Source: Lingula anatina (Eukaryota; Animalia; Brachiopoda). From it: a DNA stretch of 64,000 nucleotides. Position 1 is the first letter of the stretch. Every line of letters begins with the position of its first letter. Under the pieces are notes generated by a model. That model was given only the letters and a program-made list of their open reading frames with translations. It searched no databases and was not told the origin of the DNA. Position numbers and translations under genes: made by a program. This document shows, in pieces, positions 51,692 to 64,000 of this stretch. The stretch covers positions 24,992,401-25,056,400 of the forward strand of contig CM120641.1 of the NCBI GenBank assembly GCA_051362555.1, read 5' to 3'.

Positions 51692-54600
51692 TCTATAGTG
51701 TCAGATCTTACTGTATTACTGTCAGATGCAAATGCATAAAATATTTTAACTGTCTATATTTTGAAGAAAAGGAGACAACAGATTTTGCCAATGATATGTT
51801 TTTTGACAAACACAGTCATATCTCTCTCTGTATTTCCATCACTTAAGTCTGTAAGCATAATGAATGCTTGTCAAGTTCAAAACTGAGCTTGAACTAATTT
51901 TTCCATAATTTTTTTTTTATTTCTTTAAATATGTGGACATTTAAGTCTTTGTTAAAACTAGTTAAAACTAGTAGATATTACTTTGGGTATTTTTGGTTTT
52001 CGTTAAATACTGAGTGTATTTGAATTTTGTAAAAACAAAAGCAAATTTTTTTTTCAAATTCAACATGATTGGAATTAATTTTACAATAGTTATTGAATAT
52101 TTTTTGTATCCTGTAACAATGAAAATATGCCAGATCATCTTTTTCTTTTGGTGTGGAGATTTGCATGCTTATAAGGCAGGCCTTTTAAAAATTCAGCATG
52201 ATTAGCATATTTTTATGAAAAATTGGATTTATTTGTAAATATTTTGACAGAGTTCTCCCTATAATTAAGTGCAAAACTGATTTTTTGTTTTCCTTCATAT
52301 TTATATTTTTTACTTCATTATTTTAGTAGAAATACAGGCTCTTTTCAAAATTCTACATGATTGGTTTATCTTACAAAAATAATTGATTTTCTTTCAAGGT
52401 AAAAGGGTTGTTTTTCATTTGTATTTTGGCAAAGTTACCCCAAAATTGTTCAATGGTATTTTTGCTTTACTACTGATTTTCTAAGTGTTTGAGTGATTTT
52501 TGCTAAGAAAATGCAAGTTCTTTTTCAGCCTTTGGAAGGTCAGAATTATCAAATTATTTTCTTTTTATGTACAGACACAGATGTGTCTGTACATATAGCC
52601 GTCATCTGCGTCTGTCGTCGCCGTCGTTGCCGTCGTCGCCGTCGTCGCCGTGCACTTTTACCGATAACACGATAAGTGGAAACTGTTTTTTCTTTTGGCT
52701 TGAAACTTACAGAACTGATAAATATTCATAATACGCAGGTCAAGTTCGAAAATCAGCATGATCGGGTCACTTATAGGGAATTTATGCTGTTTTTTCACTT
52801 TTTTCAGCATATAGGCAGCACCGATTACACGATAAGTGGAAAACCATTTTACCTTTTGGCTTGAAACTTACAGAACTGATGAATATTCATAATAAGCAGG
52901 TCGAGTTTGAAAATCGGCATGATTGGGTCATTTTGAGTGAATTTAGGCTATTTTTTCACTTTTTTTCAGCATTTTTGCAACACCGATAACACAATAAATG
53001 AAAAGCTGTTTTACCCTTTGGCTTGAAACTTACAGAACTGATAAATATTCATAATACTCAGGTCAAGTTCGAAAATCAGCATGATCGGGTCACTTATATG
53101 GAATTTATGCTGTTTTTTCACTTTTTTCAGCATGTATGCAGCACCGATAACACGATAAGTGGAAAACCATTTTACCTTTTGGCTTGAAACTTACAGAACT
53201 GATGAATATTCATAATATGCAGGACAAGTTTGAAAATCAGGGTGATTGGGTCATTTTTAGTGAATTTAAGCTATTTTTTCTCTTTTTTCAGCATATATGC
53301 AGCACCGATAACACCATAAATGGAAAACCATTTTACCTTTTGGCTTGAAACTTACAGAACTGATGAATATTTATAATACGCAGGTCAACTTTGAAAATCA
53401 GCATGATTGGGTCATTTTTAGTGAATTTAGGCTATTTTTTCACTTTTTTCAGCATTTTTGCAACATCGATAACACAGTAAATGAAAAGCTGTTTTATGGA
53501 AGTTAAGCTGTTTTTTCACTTTTTTTCAGCACATATGCAACACTGATAACACAATATAAGAAAAACAGATAGGCCAATTGTCATTAAACTCAGAGGAGTG
53601 GTCAATGCTGCTAAAACACAGGTTGAGTTTGAAAAACAGCATAATCGTGCCATTATTTTAGAAGTTATGTTGTTTTTATGTACAGACACAGATGTGTCTG
53701 TACATATAGCCGTCACCTGCGTCTGTCGTCGCCGTTGCCGTTGCCGTTGCCGTTGGCGTGCACTTTTACCGTAAACACGATAAGTGGAAAACGGTTTTAT
53801 GTTTTGACTTGAAACTTACAGAACTGATGAATATTCATAAAATTCAGGTCAAGTTCAAAAATCAGCATGATCGGGCCATTTTTAGGGAAGTTATGCTGTT
53901 TTTTCACTTTTTTCAGCATATATGCAACACCGTAAACACGATAAGTGGAAAACCGTTTTACCTTTTGCTTTGAAACTTACAGAACTGATGAATTTGTATA
54001 ATACGCAGGTCAAGTTCGAAAATCAGCATGATCGGGTCATTTTTAGGGAAGTTTTGCTTTTTTTTTCACTTTTTTCAGCATATATGCAACACCGTAAACA
54101 CGATAAGTGGAAATCCGTTTTACCTTTTGGTTTGAAACTTACAGAACTGATGAATATTTATAATACGCAGGTCAAGTTCGAAAACCAGCATGATTGGGTC
54201 ATTTTTAGGGAAGTTATGCTTTTTTTTCACATTTTCTCTGATTCAATTCTTAGGCATGTTAATAGTCTCATTATTGAACTAATAAGATATGTAAAAGTGT
54301 TTTTTTGACATTTCCTGCATCTTTACAACATTGTTAGTTGATTATGTAAAAATGATGGTAAACTTATTATCTTGTATTGTGTAATGAAGTGTCAAAAATG
54401 GAAATAAACACATATCATTGCAGTTTGTCAGATTCAATCATCCACTATGTTCAGAATCTCAGAATGGAGGAAATTGGACATTTAATACTGTTCTATTGAT
54501 ATTTTTCCCATCTCAACAATTTTCTTAGTTGGTCATATAAAAATGGCAGTAAACTGTTAATTTTGTTTTATGTTAAAAAAAGTGTTAAAAATGGAAATAA

Positions 54601-57600
54601 ACCCATTTCAGAAAAGTGCTGTCTTGTTTACATTTTGGCATTTTCAAGATGTGACTTTGAAGTTCCATGGGCCTGAAGACCTTTGCTAGTCACATTTTCT
54701 GAATATCCATGATACTAATATTTTATTATTAAAAATTGATGGTCATTATGCTGTTAAACATTATGTAATATTGCATCAAAATTTGAAGAAACCCCTATTT
54801 TGGGCACTGCTCCCATGATGACCATTTAAGGAAAATCATGTCACTTACTGTTCTCAAACTTACAGGAAAGAAACATGGGACTAAAATACAGCTTCAGTAG
54901 GCAATGCAGTCTGTTTGGTAATATTTTCTGGCAGTTAAACAGTTTTTTGTGAAAATTTAATTTTTCACATATTGGCATTTTCAAGGTGTGACTTTGAAGT
55001 TCAATGATCCTGAAGACCTTTGCTTGTCACATTTTCTGAATGTCCATGTTACTAATATTCTTTTATTAAAAATTGATGGTCATTATGCTGTTAAACATTA
55101 TGTAATGTTACATTAAAATTTGAAGAAACCCCTATTTTGGGCTCTGCTCCCATGATGAGCACTTAAGGAAAATCATGTCACTTACTGTTCTCAAACTTAC
55201 AGGAAAGAAACATGGGACTAAAATACAGCTTCAGTAGGCAATGCAGTCTGTTTGGTAATATTTTCTGGCAGTTAAACAGTTTTTTGTGAAAATTTAATTT
55301 TTCACATATTGGCATTTTCAAGGTGTGACTTTGAAGTTCTATGATCCTGAAGACCTTTGCTAGTCACATTTTCTGAATATCCATGATATTAATATTTTAT
55401 TATTAAAAATTGATGGTCATTATGCTGTTAAACATTATGTAATATTGCATCAAAATTTGAAGAAACCCCTATTTTGGGCACTGCTCCCATGATGACCATT
55501 TAAGGAAAATCATGTCACTTACTGTTCTCAAACTTACAGGAAAGAAACATGGGACTAAAATACAGCTTCAGTAGGCAATGCAGTCTGTTTGGTAATATTT
55601 TCTGGCAGTTAAACAGTTTTTTGTGAAAATTTAATTTTTCACATATTGGCATTTTCAAGGTGTGACTTAGAACCTCCACGGGCTTGAAGACCCATGCTAG
55701 TCACATTTTCTGAAAATCCATGATAGGTATATATTATTATTAAAAATTGATGGTCATTTTGCTGTTAAGCATTATGTAATGTTGCATCAAAATAGAAGAA
55801 AACACAATTTTTGGTGCTGCTGCCATGATGACCATTATGGGAAAACCGTGTTACTTATGACTGTCAAACTTTCAAAAAAGAAACACAGGACTAAAATGCA
55901 GCCTGAGTTAGAAAAGCAGTCTAATTGGCTTCTTTTTCTGGAAGTTATACATTTTAGTGAAAAATTCATTATTATCGTGTTGGCATATTCATTGTGGGAC
56001 TCGGAGCTCCCATGGACATGAAGCCGAATAGTAATCAAATTTTCTAAATGCCCATGCTATTTATAGTCAATAATCAAAAATTGGTGATAATTATTCTATA
56101 ATTTATTATGTAATGTTACATCAAAATTGACAAAAATCTTTTTGCACTGCTACTGCAAACATTATGAAAAAACTGTGTTACTTATTATTATTATGTACAG
56201 ACACAGATGTGTCTGTACATATAGCCGTCACCTGCGTCTGTCGTCGTCGCCGTCGTGCACTTTCACCGATAACACGATAAGTGAAAAAACGTTTAACCTT
56301 TTAGCTTGAAACTTACAGAACTGATGAATATTCATAATACGCAGGTCAAGTTCGAAAATCAGCATGATGGGGTCACTTTTAGGGAATTTATGCTGTTTTT
56401 TCACTTTTTTCAGCATATATGCGGCACCGATAACACGATAAGTGGAAAACCATTTTACCTTTTGGCTTGAAACTTACAGAACTGATGAATATTCATAATA
56501 CGCAGGTCAAGTTCGAAAATTGGCTTGATTGGACTATTTTTACAAATTTGAAGTTATGCTGTTTTTTTCCATTATTCAGCATATATGCAACACTGATAAC
56601 GCATTTTAAGGAAAACCAATCAGCCTTTTGTCTTGAAACTTACAGGAGTGATCAGTCTGACTAATATACAGATCAAGTTTGAAAGTAAGCTTGATCAGTT
56701 AAGTTTTGATGAAGTTATTAGCCTTTTTGTATATAAGTGGTTTTTCTTCAGATTTAATTCTTAGGCATGTTAACAGTCTCATTATGGAACAAATTAGATA
56801 TGTAAAAGTGTTGTTTTGACATTTTCTGCTTCTTAAAAATATTGTTAGTTGATTATATAAAAATGACAGTACGCCTTTTATTGTGCATTGTGTAATAAAG
56901 TATCAAAAATGGAAAGGAACTCATATATGCAGTTCGTCAGATTCAATCATTCACTAAGTTAAGAATCTCAGAATGGAGCAAGTTGGACATTTAAATTTGT
57001 TCTATTGATATTTTTCCTTTGACAACATATTTTAATTGATCATATAAAAATGACAGTAAATGGATTATTTTTTTATGTAAAAAAAATGTATTGAAAATGG
57101 AAATAAACTCTTTTAAATTTAGTTTTTCTTGTTTAGATTTTGGGATTTTTGAAAGTGTGTCTGAACTCTATGGGCTAGACACATTTTGTGAATATCCATG
57201 ATAGTTTCATTTTATCATTAAAAAACTGATGGTTATTATGCTGTTAAGCATTGTGTAATATTGCATCAAAATTGAAAAAAAACCCTATTTTGGGCACTGC
57301 CTCTGTAGTGACTATGAAAGGAAAACCATGTCACTTGCTCTTTTTACACTTAAAGGAAAGAAACATAGGACTGAAATACGGCTTCAATCTGTCTCATTAG
57401 TTAATTTTCTGGAAGTTATAGAGTTTTTTTGTGAAAATATTTATCTTTCACATACTGGAATTTTCAATGTGGGACTTAGAGCTCCCTTGGGCATGAAGCC
57501 CAGTGGTAATCACATTTTTTTAATGTCCATGTTTTTAATAGTAGATATTTAAAACATGGTGGTATTTATACAGTTAATCATTATGTAATGTTGCATCAAA

Positions 57601-58183
57601 ATTGACAAAAAACCTACTTTGTGCACTGCCACCATTAATGTTATAGAAAGAAAACTGTTACTTTCTATTTTTTCAACTAGTCTTACAAGAATGATTCTTA
57701 GTATTGACATACAGCTCATATTAGAAAACCAGCTCTATTAGATTATCATTTTTATTAAATTTATGCATTCTGGCACTTTCTAAGTATAAACTTGAACTCT
57801 GATGGGCCCGAAGCCTTATGCTTTTACTTTCTTCGGTGTTACCTGTTGTGCATAATTAAAATTTGATGTTGACTGTGCAGTTAAACATAATGTATTATTG
57901 TATCAGAATTGATAGTCTCCTATTTTGTGCATTATTGTTTTCTGCTTTTCTTAAGGTGTGACTTATGGGCCTGAAGACCTTTGAGAGGGTCAGTCTGTAA
58001 ATTTCCCTTGGGTATCACTAGGCCAAGTTATAATGTTATAAAGTCATTTGCCTAATTAATAGGCCATAAAGCACACTTGTTGATATTTCCCTGTAAACTC
58101 CCAATGGTTAAGCTCTCTGCTAGATTAATAATAAGGAAGCAGTGATAATTATGCAGGTAAATTTTGTTTTATATTGCAAATAA

Positions 58184-58256
<73 letters not shown>

Positions 58257-61200
58257 AACTCAAAGATTAAAAGTTTGAATAGCAGCTTCATTGGAATTAT
58301 ATTTACCTCTGCCAAGGAGGTTATGTTTTCACCCCTGTTTGTCTGCCATCAACATAACTCAAAAAGTTATGGAACGGCTTTGATGAAATTTTCAGGAATT
58401 GTCAGGAGTGGGTCAAGGAGGACAATGATTAGTTTTTGGTGGTGGTTCGGGTCAGTAATCTATCAATAATCAATAATTATCAAAAATTGCTGCCTTGGCA
58501 GAGGTCTGCGCTCTCAGAGTGCTTTTCTAGTTTTTTTATGTTTTCCTTTTTAATTTTTTCTCAAACACTGGAATTTGTGACTTTTAACTCCCATCTGCCA
58601 GAGGCTCTGCACATTTTCTGTATTTCCACATAAGCAGTTGTATTGGTTTTTATGTCTTTAAACATTATGAAATATTATTTTATGCACTGTCATCATTTTT
58701 CAAATATTGGGACTTTCATCATGTGAATTTGAACTCTCATGGTCCTGAAAATGTAATCTTATTGAAGGGATGGATTGAGACCATCTTCTGGGTCTTTCGG
58801 AAGACGGTCGGGTTTTTAAGTTTATATTGACCGATATTTATTTTTTTTCTGTTGGAAGACCATCAAAATGGAGGATGGATCAACAAAGATACTTTGGAAT
58901 ACTGTCAGAAAATATCTCTGGGTCCGCTCCTGTTATTGACCATGTTACCTGTTGTGTATGATTAAAATTCAGTGTTGACTAACAGTGCTATTATAAGCAT
59001 TATTTATTATTGCATCAAAATTGACAAAATGACCTATTTTGCATCATTATTTTCTGTTTTTTGTCTGTACATTTGACAGCTTTGCTGCCTTGTTTCATAT
59101 TTCCTCAGATTCAATTCTTAGGCATGTTAACAGTTTCATTAGTTAACTAATAAGATACGTAAAAATGTTTGTTTGACATTTCCTGCATCTTTACAAATTG
59201 TTAGTTGATTTTGTAAAAATAATGGTAAACTTATTATTGTGTATTGTGTAATAAAGTTTCAAAAATGGAAATAAACTCATGTCATAGCAGTTTGTCAGAT
59301 TCAATCATTCACTATGTTCAGAATCTCAGAATGGAAGAAATTGGACATTTAGCACTTACAGGAAAGAAACATGCAATTAAAATACAGCCTCAGTAGGCAA
59401 TGCAGTCTGTTTGGTAATTCTTACTGCCAGTTAAACAGTTTTTTTGTGAAAATTTAATTTTTCACAAGATATGCTTGAAGACCCGTGCTAGTCACATTTT
59501 CTGAAAATCCATGATACGTTTTTATTTTATTTTCAAAAATTGACGGTCTTTATGCTCTTAACCATTATGTAATATTGCATCAGAATAGAAGAAAAACACA
59601 ATTTTGGGTGCTGCTGCCATGATGACCATTATGGGAAAACCATGTTACTTATGATTGCCAAACTTTCAAAAAAAAAAAAAAAAAAAAAAAAAATACAGGA
59701 CTAAAATGCAGCCTGAGTTGGAAAAGTAGTCTAATTGGCTTCTTTTTCTGGAAGTTATACATTTTCAAAGTGTGAACTTGAACTCCCATGGGCCTGAAGC
59801 CTTATGCTTGTTACACATTTTACTTACATTGTTATTACCTGTTGAGCATAATTAAAATTTGATGTTGAATTTGCAGTTTAACATAATGTACTTTTGCATC
59901 AGAATTGACAGTAGCCTATTTTGTGCATAGTTATTTCCTGTTTTTTGTCTGTACATTTGACAGCTTTGCTGCCTTGTTTTCTTTTTATGTACAGACACAG
60001 ATGTGTCTGTACATATAGCCATCATCTGCCTCTGTTGTCGCCATCGTCGCCGACGTGCACTTTTACAGATAACACGATAAGTGGAACACCGTTTTTTCTT
60101 ATGGCTTGAAACTTACAGAACTGGTGAATATTCCTAATACGCAGGTCGAGTTTGAAAATCAGCGTGATCGGGCCATTTTTAGGGAAGTTATGCTGTTTTT
60201 TCACTTTTTTCAGCATATATGCAGCACCGATAACACGATAAGTGGAAAACCATTTTACTTTTTGGCTTGAAACTTACAAAACTGTTGAATATTCATAATC
60301 CGCAGGTCAAGTTCGAAAATCAGCATGATCGTGTCATTTTTAGGGAAGTTACGCTGTATTTCACTTTTCTCAGCATATATGCAACACCGATAACACGATA
60401 AGTGAAATAACATTTTACCTTTTGGCTTAAAACTAACAGAACTGATGGATATTCATAATACGCAGGTCAAGTTCGAAAATCAGCGTGATCGGGCCTTTAT
60501 TTTAGAAGTTATGCTGTTTTTTCACATTTCCTCAGATTCAATTATTAGGCATGTGGACAGTCTCATTATTTAACTAATAAGATACGTAAAAGTGTTTGTT
60601 TGATATTTCCTGCATCTTTACAACTTTGTTAATTGATTGTGTAAAAATGATGGTAAACTTGTTATCGTGTATTGTGTAATAAAGTGTCAAAAATGGTAAT
60701 AAACTCATCATTGCAGTTTGTCAGATTCAATCATCCACTATGTTCAGAATCTCAGAATGGAGGAAATTGGACATTAAACACTGTTCTATTGATATTTTTC
60801 CCATCTCATCAATTTTCTTAGTTGGTCATATAAAAATGGCAACAAACTGTTTATTTTGTTTTATGTTAAAAAAATGTTAAAAATGAAAATAAACCCATTT
60901 CAGAACAGTGCTGTCTTGTTTACATTTTGGCATTTTTAAGATGTGACTTTGAAGTTTCATGAGCCTGCAGACCTTTGCTAATCACATTTTCTGAATATCC
61001 ATGATACTAATATTTTATGATTAAAAATTGATGGTCATTATGCTGCTAAACATTATGTAATATTGCATCAAAATTTGAAGAAACCCCTATTTTGGGCACT
61101 GCTCCCATGATGACCATTTAAGAAAAACCATGTCACTTACTGTTTTCAAACTTACAGGAAAGAAACATAGGGCTAAAATACAGCTTCAGTAGGCAATGCA

Positions 61201-62669
61201 GTCTGTTTGGTAATTTTTTCTGGCAGTTAAACAGTTTTTTGTGAAAATTTAATTTTTCACATATTGGCATTTTCAAGGTGTGACTTTGAAGTTCCATGAG
61301 CCTGCAGACCTTTGCTAGTCACGTTTTCTGAATGTTCATGTGACTAATATTCCATTATTAAAAATTGATGGTCATTATGCTGTTAAACATTATGTAATAT
61401 TGGATCAAAATTTGAAGAAACCCCTATTTTGGGCACTGCTCTCATAATGACCATTTAACAAAAATCATGTCAATTACCGTTCTCAAACATACAGGAAAGA
61501 AACATGGGTCTAAAATACAGCTTCAGTTGGCAATGCAGTCTGTTTGGTAATTTTTTCTGGCAGTTAAACAGTTTTTTGTGAAAATTTAATTTTCCACTTA
61601 TTGGCATTTTCAAGGTGTGACTTTGAAGTTCCATGATCCTGAAGACCTTTGCTTGTCACGTTTTCTGAATGTCCATGTTACTAATATTCTATTATTAAAA
61701 ATTGATGGTCATTATGCTGTTAAGCATTATGTAATATTGCATCAAAATAGAAGAAAACACAATTTTTGGTGCTGCTGCTATGATGAGCATTATGGGAAAA
61801 CCGTGTTATGACTGTCAAACCTTTAAAAAAGAAACACAGGACTAAAATGCAGAATGAGTTGGAAAAGCAGTCTAATTGGCTTCTTTTTCTGGAAGTTATA
61901 CATTTGAGTGAAATATTCATTATCTTTTTGGCATATTCATTGTGGGACTCGGAGCTCCCATGGACATGAAGCCGAATGGTAATCAAATTTTCTACATGTC
62001 TATGCTATTTATTGTCAATAATCAAAGATTGGTGATAATTATTCTATAATTTATTATGTAATGTTACATCAAAATTGACAACAATATTTTTGCATTGCTA
62101 CTGCAAACATTATGAAAAGAAAACTGTGTTACTTATTATTATTTTTAACTTACAAGTATGATTTTTAGGATTGGCATGCAGTTCAAATTAGAAAGCCAGG
62201 TCAATTGGGTTATCATTTATTATTGAATTTATGCAATTTTGTGTGAAATTTTCATTTTTCTCATTCTGGCACTTTCTAAGTATAAACTTGAACTCTGATG
62301 GGCCTGAAACCTTATGCTTTTACTTTTGTCGTTGTTACCTATTGTGCAAAATAAAATTTGATGTTGACTGTGCAGTAAAACATAATGTATTATTGCATCA
62401 GAATTGGTAGTCTCCTATTTTGTGCATTATTGTTTTGTGCTTTTCTTAAGATGTGACTTATGGGCCTGAAAGACCTTTGAGAGGGTCAGTCTGTTAATAT
62501 CCCTTGGGTATCACTTAGTCTAATTTCTGAGTTATAAAGTCATTTGCCTAATTGATAAGCCATTAAAGGAGATTACATAAAGCACACTTGTTGATATTTC
62601 CTTGTAAACTCCCAAAAGTTAAGCTCTCTGCTAGATTAATAATAAATAAGCAGTGATAATTATGCAGGT

Positions 62670-62737
<68 letters not shown>

Positions 62738-64000
62738 AAGATTAAAAGTTTGAATAGCAGCTTCATTGAAATCATATTTACCTCAGGCTCTGCCTAGGAG
62801 GTTATATTTTCACCCCTGTTTGTCTGTCATCAACATAACTCAAAAAGTTATGGACCGATTTTGCTGAAATTTTTAGGAACTGTCAGAATTGGGCCAAAGA
62901 GGACAATGATTAGTTTTTAGTGGTGGACTGGCTCACTAATCAATCAATAATTAACAATAATCAACAATTGCTGCCTTGGCAGAGGTCTGCACTCTCGGTG
63001 GTTTTCTAGTTTTGTTATGTTTTCCTTTAAAATTTTTCTCAAACACTTGCATTTGTGACTTTTAACTCTCACCCCCTTGAGGCTCTGCACATTTTCTGTA
63101 TTTCCACATAAGCAATTGTATTTTTTTTTTATGTCTTTAAACATTATTTAAAATTATTTTATGCACTGTCATCATTTTTCAAATATTGAGACTTTCATCA
63201 TGTGACTATAGTCTCTCATGGTCCTGAAACTGTAATCTTATTGAAGGGGTGGATTGAGACCATCTTCTGGGTCTTCTTGAAGACAGGTTATTAAGTTTAT
63301 AGTGACTGGTATCTATTTTTTTCTGTTGGAAGACCATTAAAATGGAGGATGGATCAACATAGATACTTTGGAATACTGTCAGAAAATATCTCAGGGTCCG
63401 CTCCTGTTATTGACCATGTTACCTGTTGTGCATGATTAAAATTCAGTGTTGACTGACAGTGCTATTATAAGCATTATTTATTATTGCATCAAAATTGACA
63501 AAATGACCTTTTTTTGCATCTTTATTTTCTGTTTTTTGTCTGCACATTTGACAGCTTTGCTGCCTTGTTTGTAAATGTTGTTGAATTTTGTTTTTGTTGT
63601 TTGGTGTCAGTATATCTGTCAGCTTGGTTGTCTATTAAAGTCTCTTTTCCTTCAATCACCTAGGTGCCATATACAGAGGATACTGAAATAAATAGTTCAT
63701 ACCTTTGTTCACCTTTAGCTGGCCTATTAGATTTTACCTTCATGTGGACACATTGGATCAATTGTGTCATCTTGTTAAATGAGAACAAATTAAGAGTGTT
63801 TCTTCTAAAAGATCCTTTCTGTTTATTTTTAGAGGTGTATAATCCTATACTCACTGGTGGATTTGCAAATGAAACACATGACTATGAATTCACCTTACTA
63901 ATGGATGGCAATGGAACTTTTAATCTCACAGAAAACCATGCCATTACATTAATCAGACCTCTTGATTATGAAGTCCAGAGAACACACATGATATTGATTC
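44308..64000 (+). CDS. Secreted/surface protein: signal peptide, Ser/Ala tract, Thr-rich mucin, FN3, cadherin repeat (3' end outside the window)
   Basis: Exons 44308-45838, 47778-47950, 50985-51108, 51451-51525 and 63833 to beyond 64000. Intron phases 1, 0, 1, 1 are all compatible. FN3: NPTAVAISWSQANVSW...VIIDGLLPRRCYYFSV. Cadherin: PFKFVPEKLDLSFPENTSLGT|EVYNP...YEFTL..GNGTFNL...ITLIRPLDYE. Confidence 0.8.
46533..47657. mobile_element. Degenerate foldback element with long inverted arms and a nested MITE
   Basis: Inverted anchors: GGATAACAGAT (46628) / ATCTGTTATCC (47524); CCTGAGCACCC (46976) / GGGTGCTCAGG (47394); GCCAAAAACTC / GAGTTTTTGGC. An (AACAT)n repeat lies in the loop. Confidence 0.65.
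46701..46909 (+). mobile_element. ~210-bp MITE family, copy 2
   Basis: TIRs AGACTGGGTTCCCATAGATTTAGATTGATCTA and TAGATTGATCTAAAATCTGTGGGAATGCAGTCT, flanked by TA. Confidence 0.8.
47778..47950 (+). CDS. Exon: FN3 N-terminal half with a Tyr-rich loop
   Basis: ttttcag|GT AAC CCC...ATA CAG|gtaaac; translation GNPTAVAISWSQANVSW...EYHYYYYYCNYH. Confidence 0.75.
49468..49713 (-). mobile_element. ~210-bp MITE family, copy 3 (inverted)
   Basis: Reverse complement of the 46701-46909 core, ending in GGGAACCCAGTCT. Confidence 0.7.
50985..51108 (+). CDS. Exon: FN3 C-terminal half
   Basis: ctag|GAA AAG...CAT A|gtaagt; translation EKRVIIDGLLPRRCYYFSVYSY, matching the I.GL.P...Y.F.V signature. Confidence 0.75.
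51451..51525 (+). CDS. Exon: start of the cadherin repeat
   Basis: ttacag|TA CCA...ACA G|gtgaga; translation PESPFKFVPEKLDLSFPENTSLGT. Confidence 0.7.
51618..51686. repeat. (TA)n microsatellite
   Basis: Direct reading. Other (TA)n tracts lie inside HINEs at about 29330-29382, 38710-38759, 58188-58254 and 62673-62735. Confidence 0.9.
52567..63570 (+). mobile_element. 11-kb nested/tandem cluster of HINE family A (5' ends at 52567, 53678, 56193, 59987; 3' ends at 59095, 59980, 63570)
   Basis: The same terminal motifs and the 161-bp and 338-bp arrays recur. The cluster fills most of the 12.3-kb intron that splits the cadherin repeat. Confidence 0.88.
63833..64000 (+). CDS. Exon (truncated by the window end): remainder of the cadherin repeat
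   Basis: tttatttttag|AG GTG TAT...; translation EVYNPILTGGFANETHDYEFTLLMDGNGTFNLTENHAITLIRPLDYEVQRTHMILI, containing the LDYE motif. Confidence 0.8.

Overview
AT-rich, intron-containing animal genomic DNA. Repeat types suggest a marine invertebrate, probably a lophotrochozoan (inference). From left to right: (1) a complete 22-exon USO1/p115 vesicle-tethering gene (+, 761-12150) with one U12-type intron; (2) a convergent orphan Pro-rich ~167-aa ORF (-, 14165-14668) with motifs reminiscent of ciliary microtubule inner proteins; (3) a complete 8-exon DUS4L tRNA-dihydrouridine synthase gene (+, 17959-23235); (4) about 26 kb of non-autonomous Helentron/HINE (DINE-1-like) elements carrying internal satellite arrays, several nested in one another, plus MITEs and a LINE fragment; (5) a possible unannotated minus-strand transcript starting at a CpG-rich ETS/CRE/CCAAT promoter near 35.5 kb; (6) the 5' part of a secreted or surface protein gene (+, 44308 to beyond 64000) with the unusual architecture signal peptide - Ser/Ala silk-like tract - Thr-rich mucin - Tyr-rich FN3 - cadherin. 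All exon boundaries were read by eye from GT/AG sites and frame continuity; no database searches were run.
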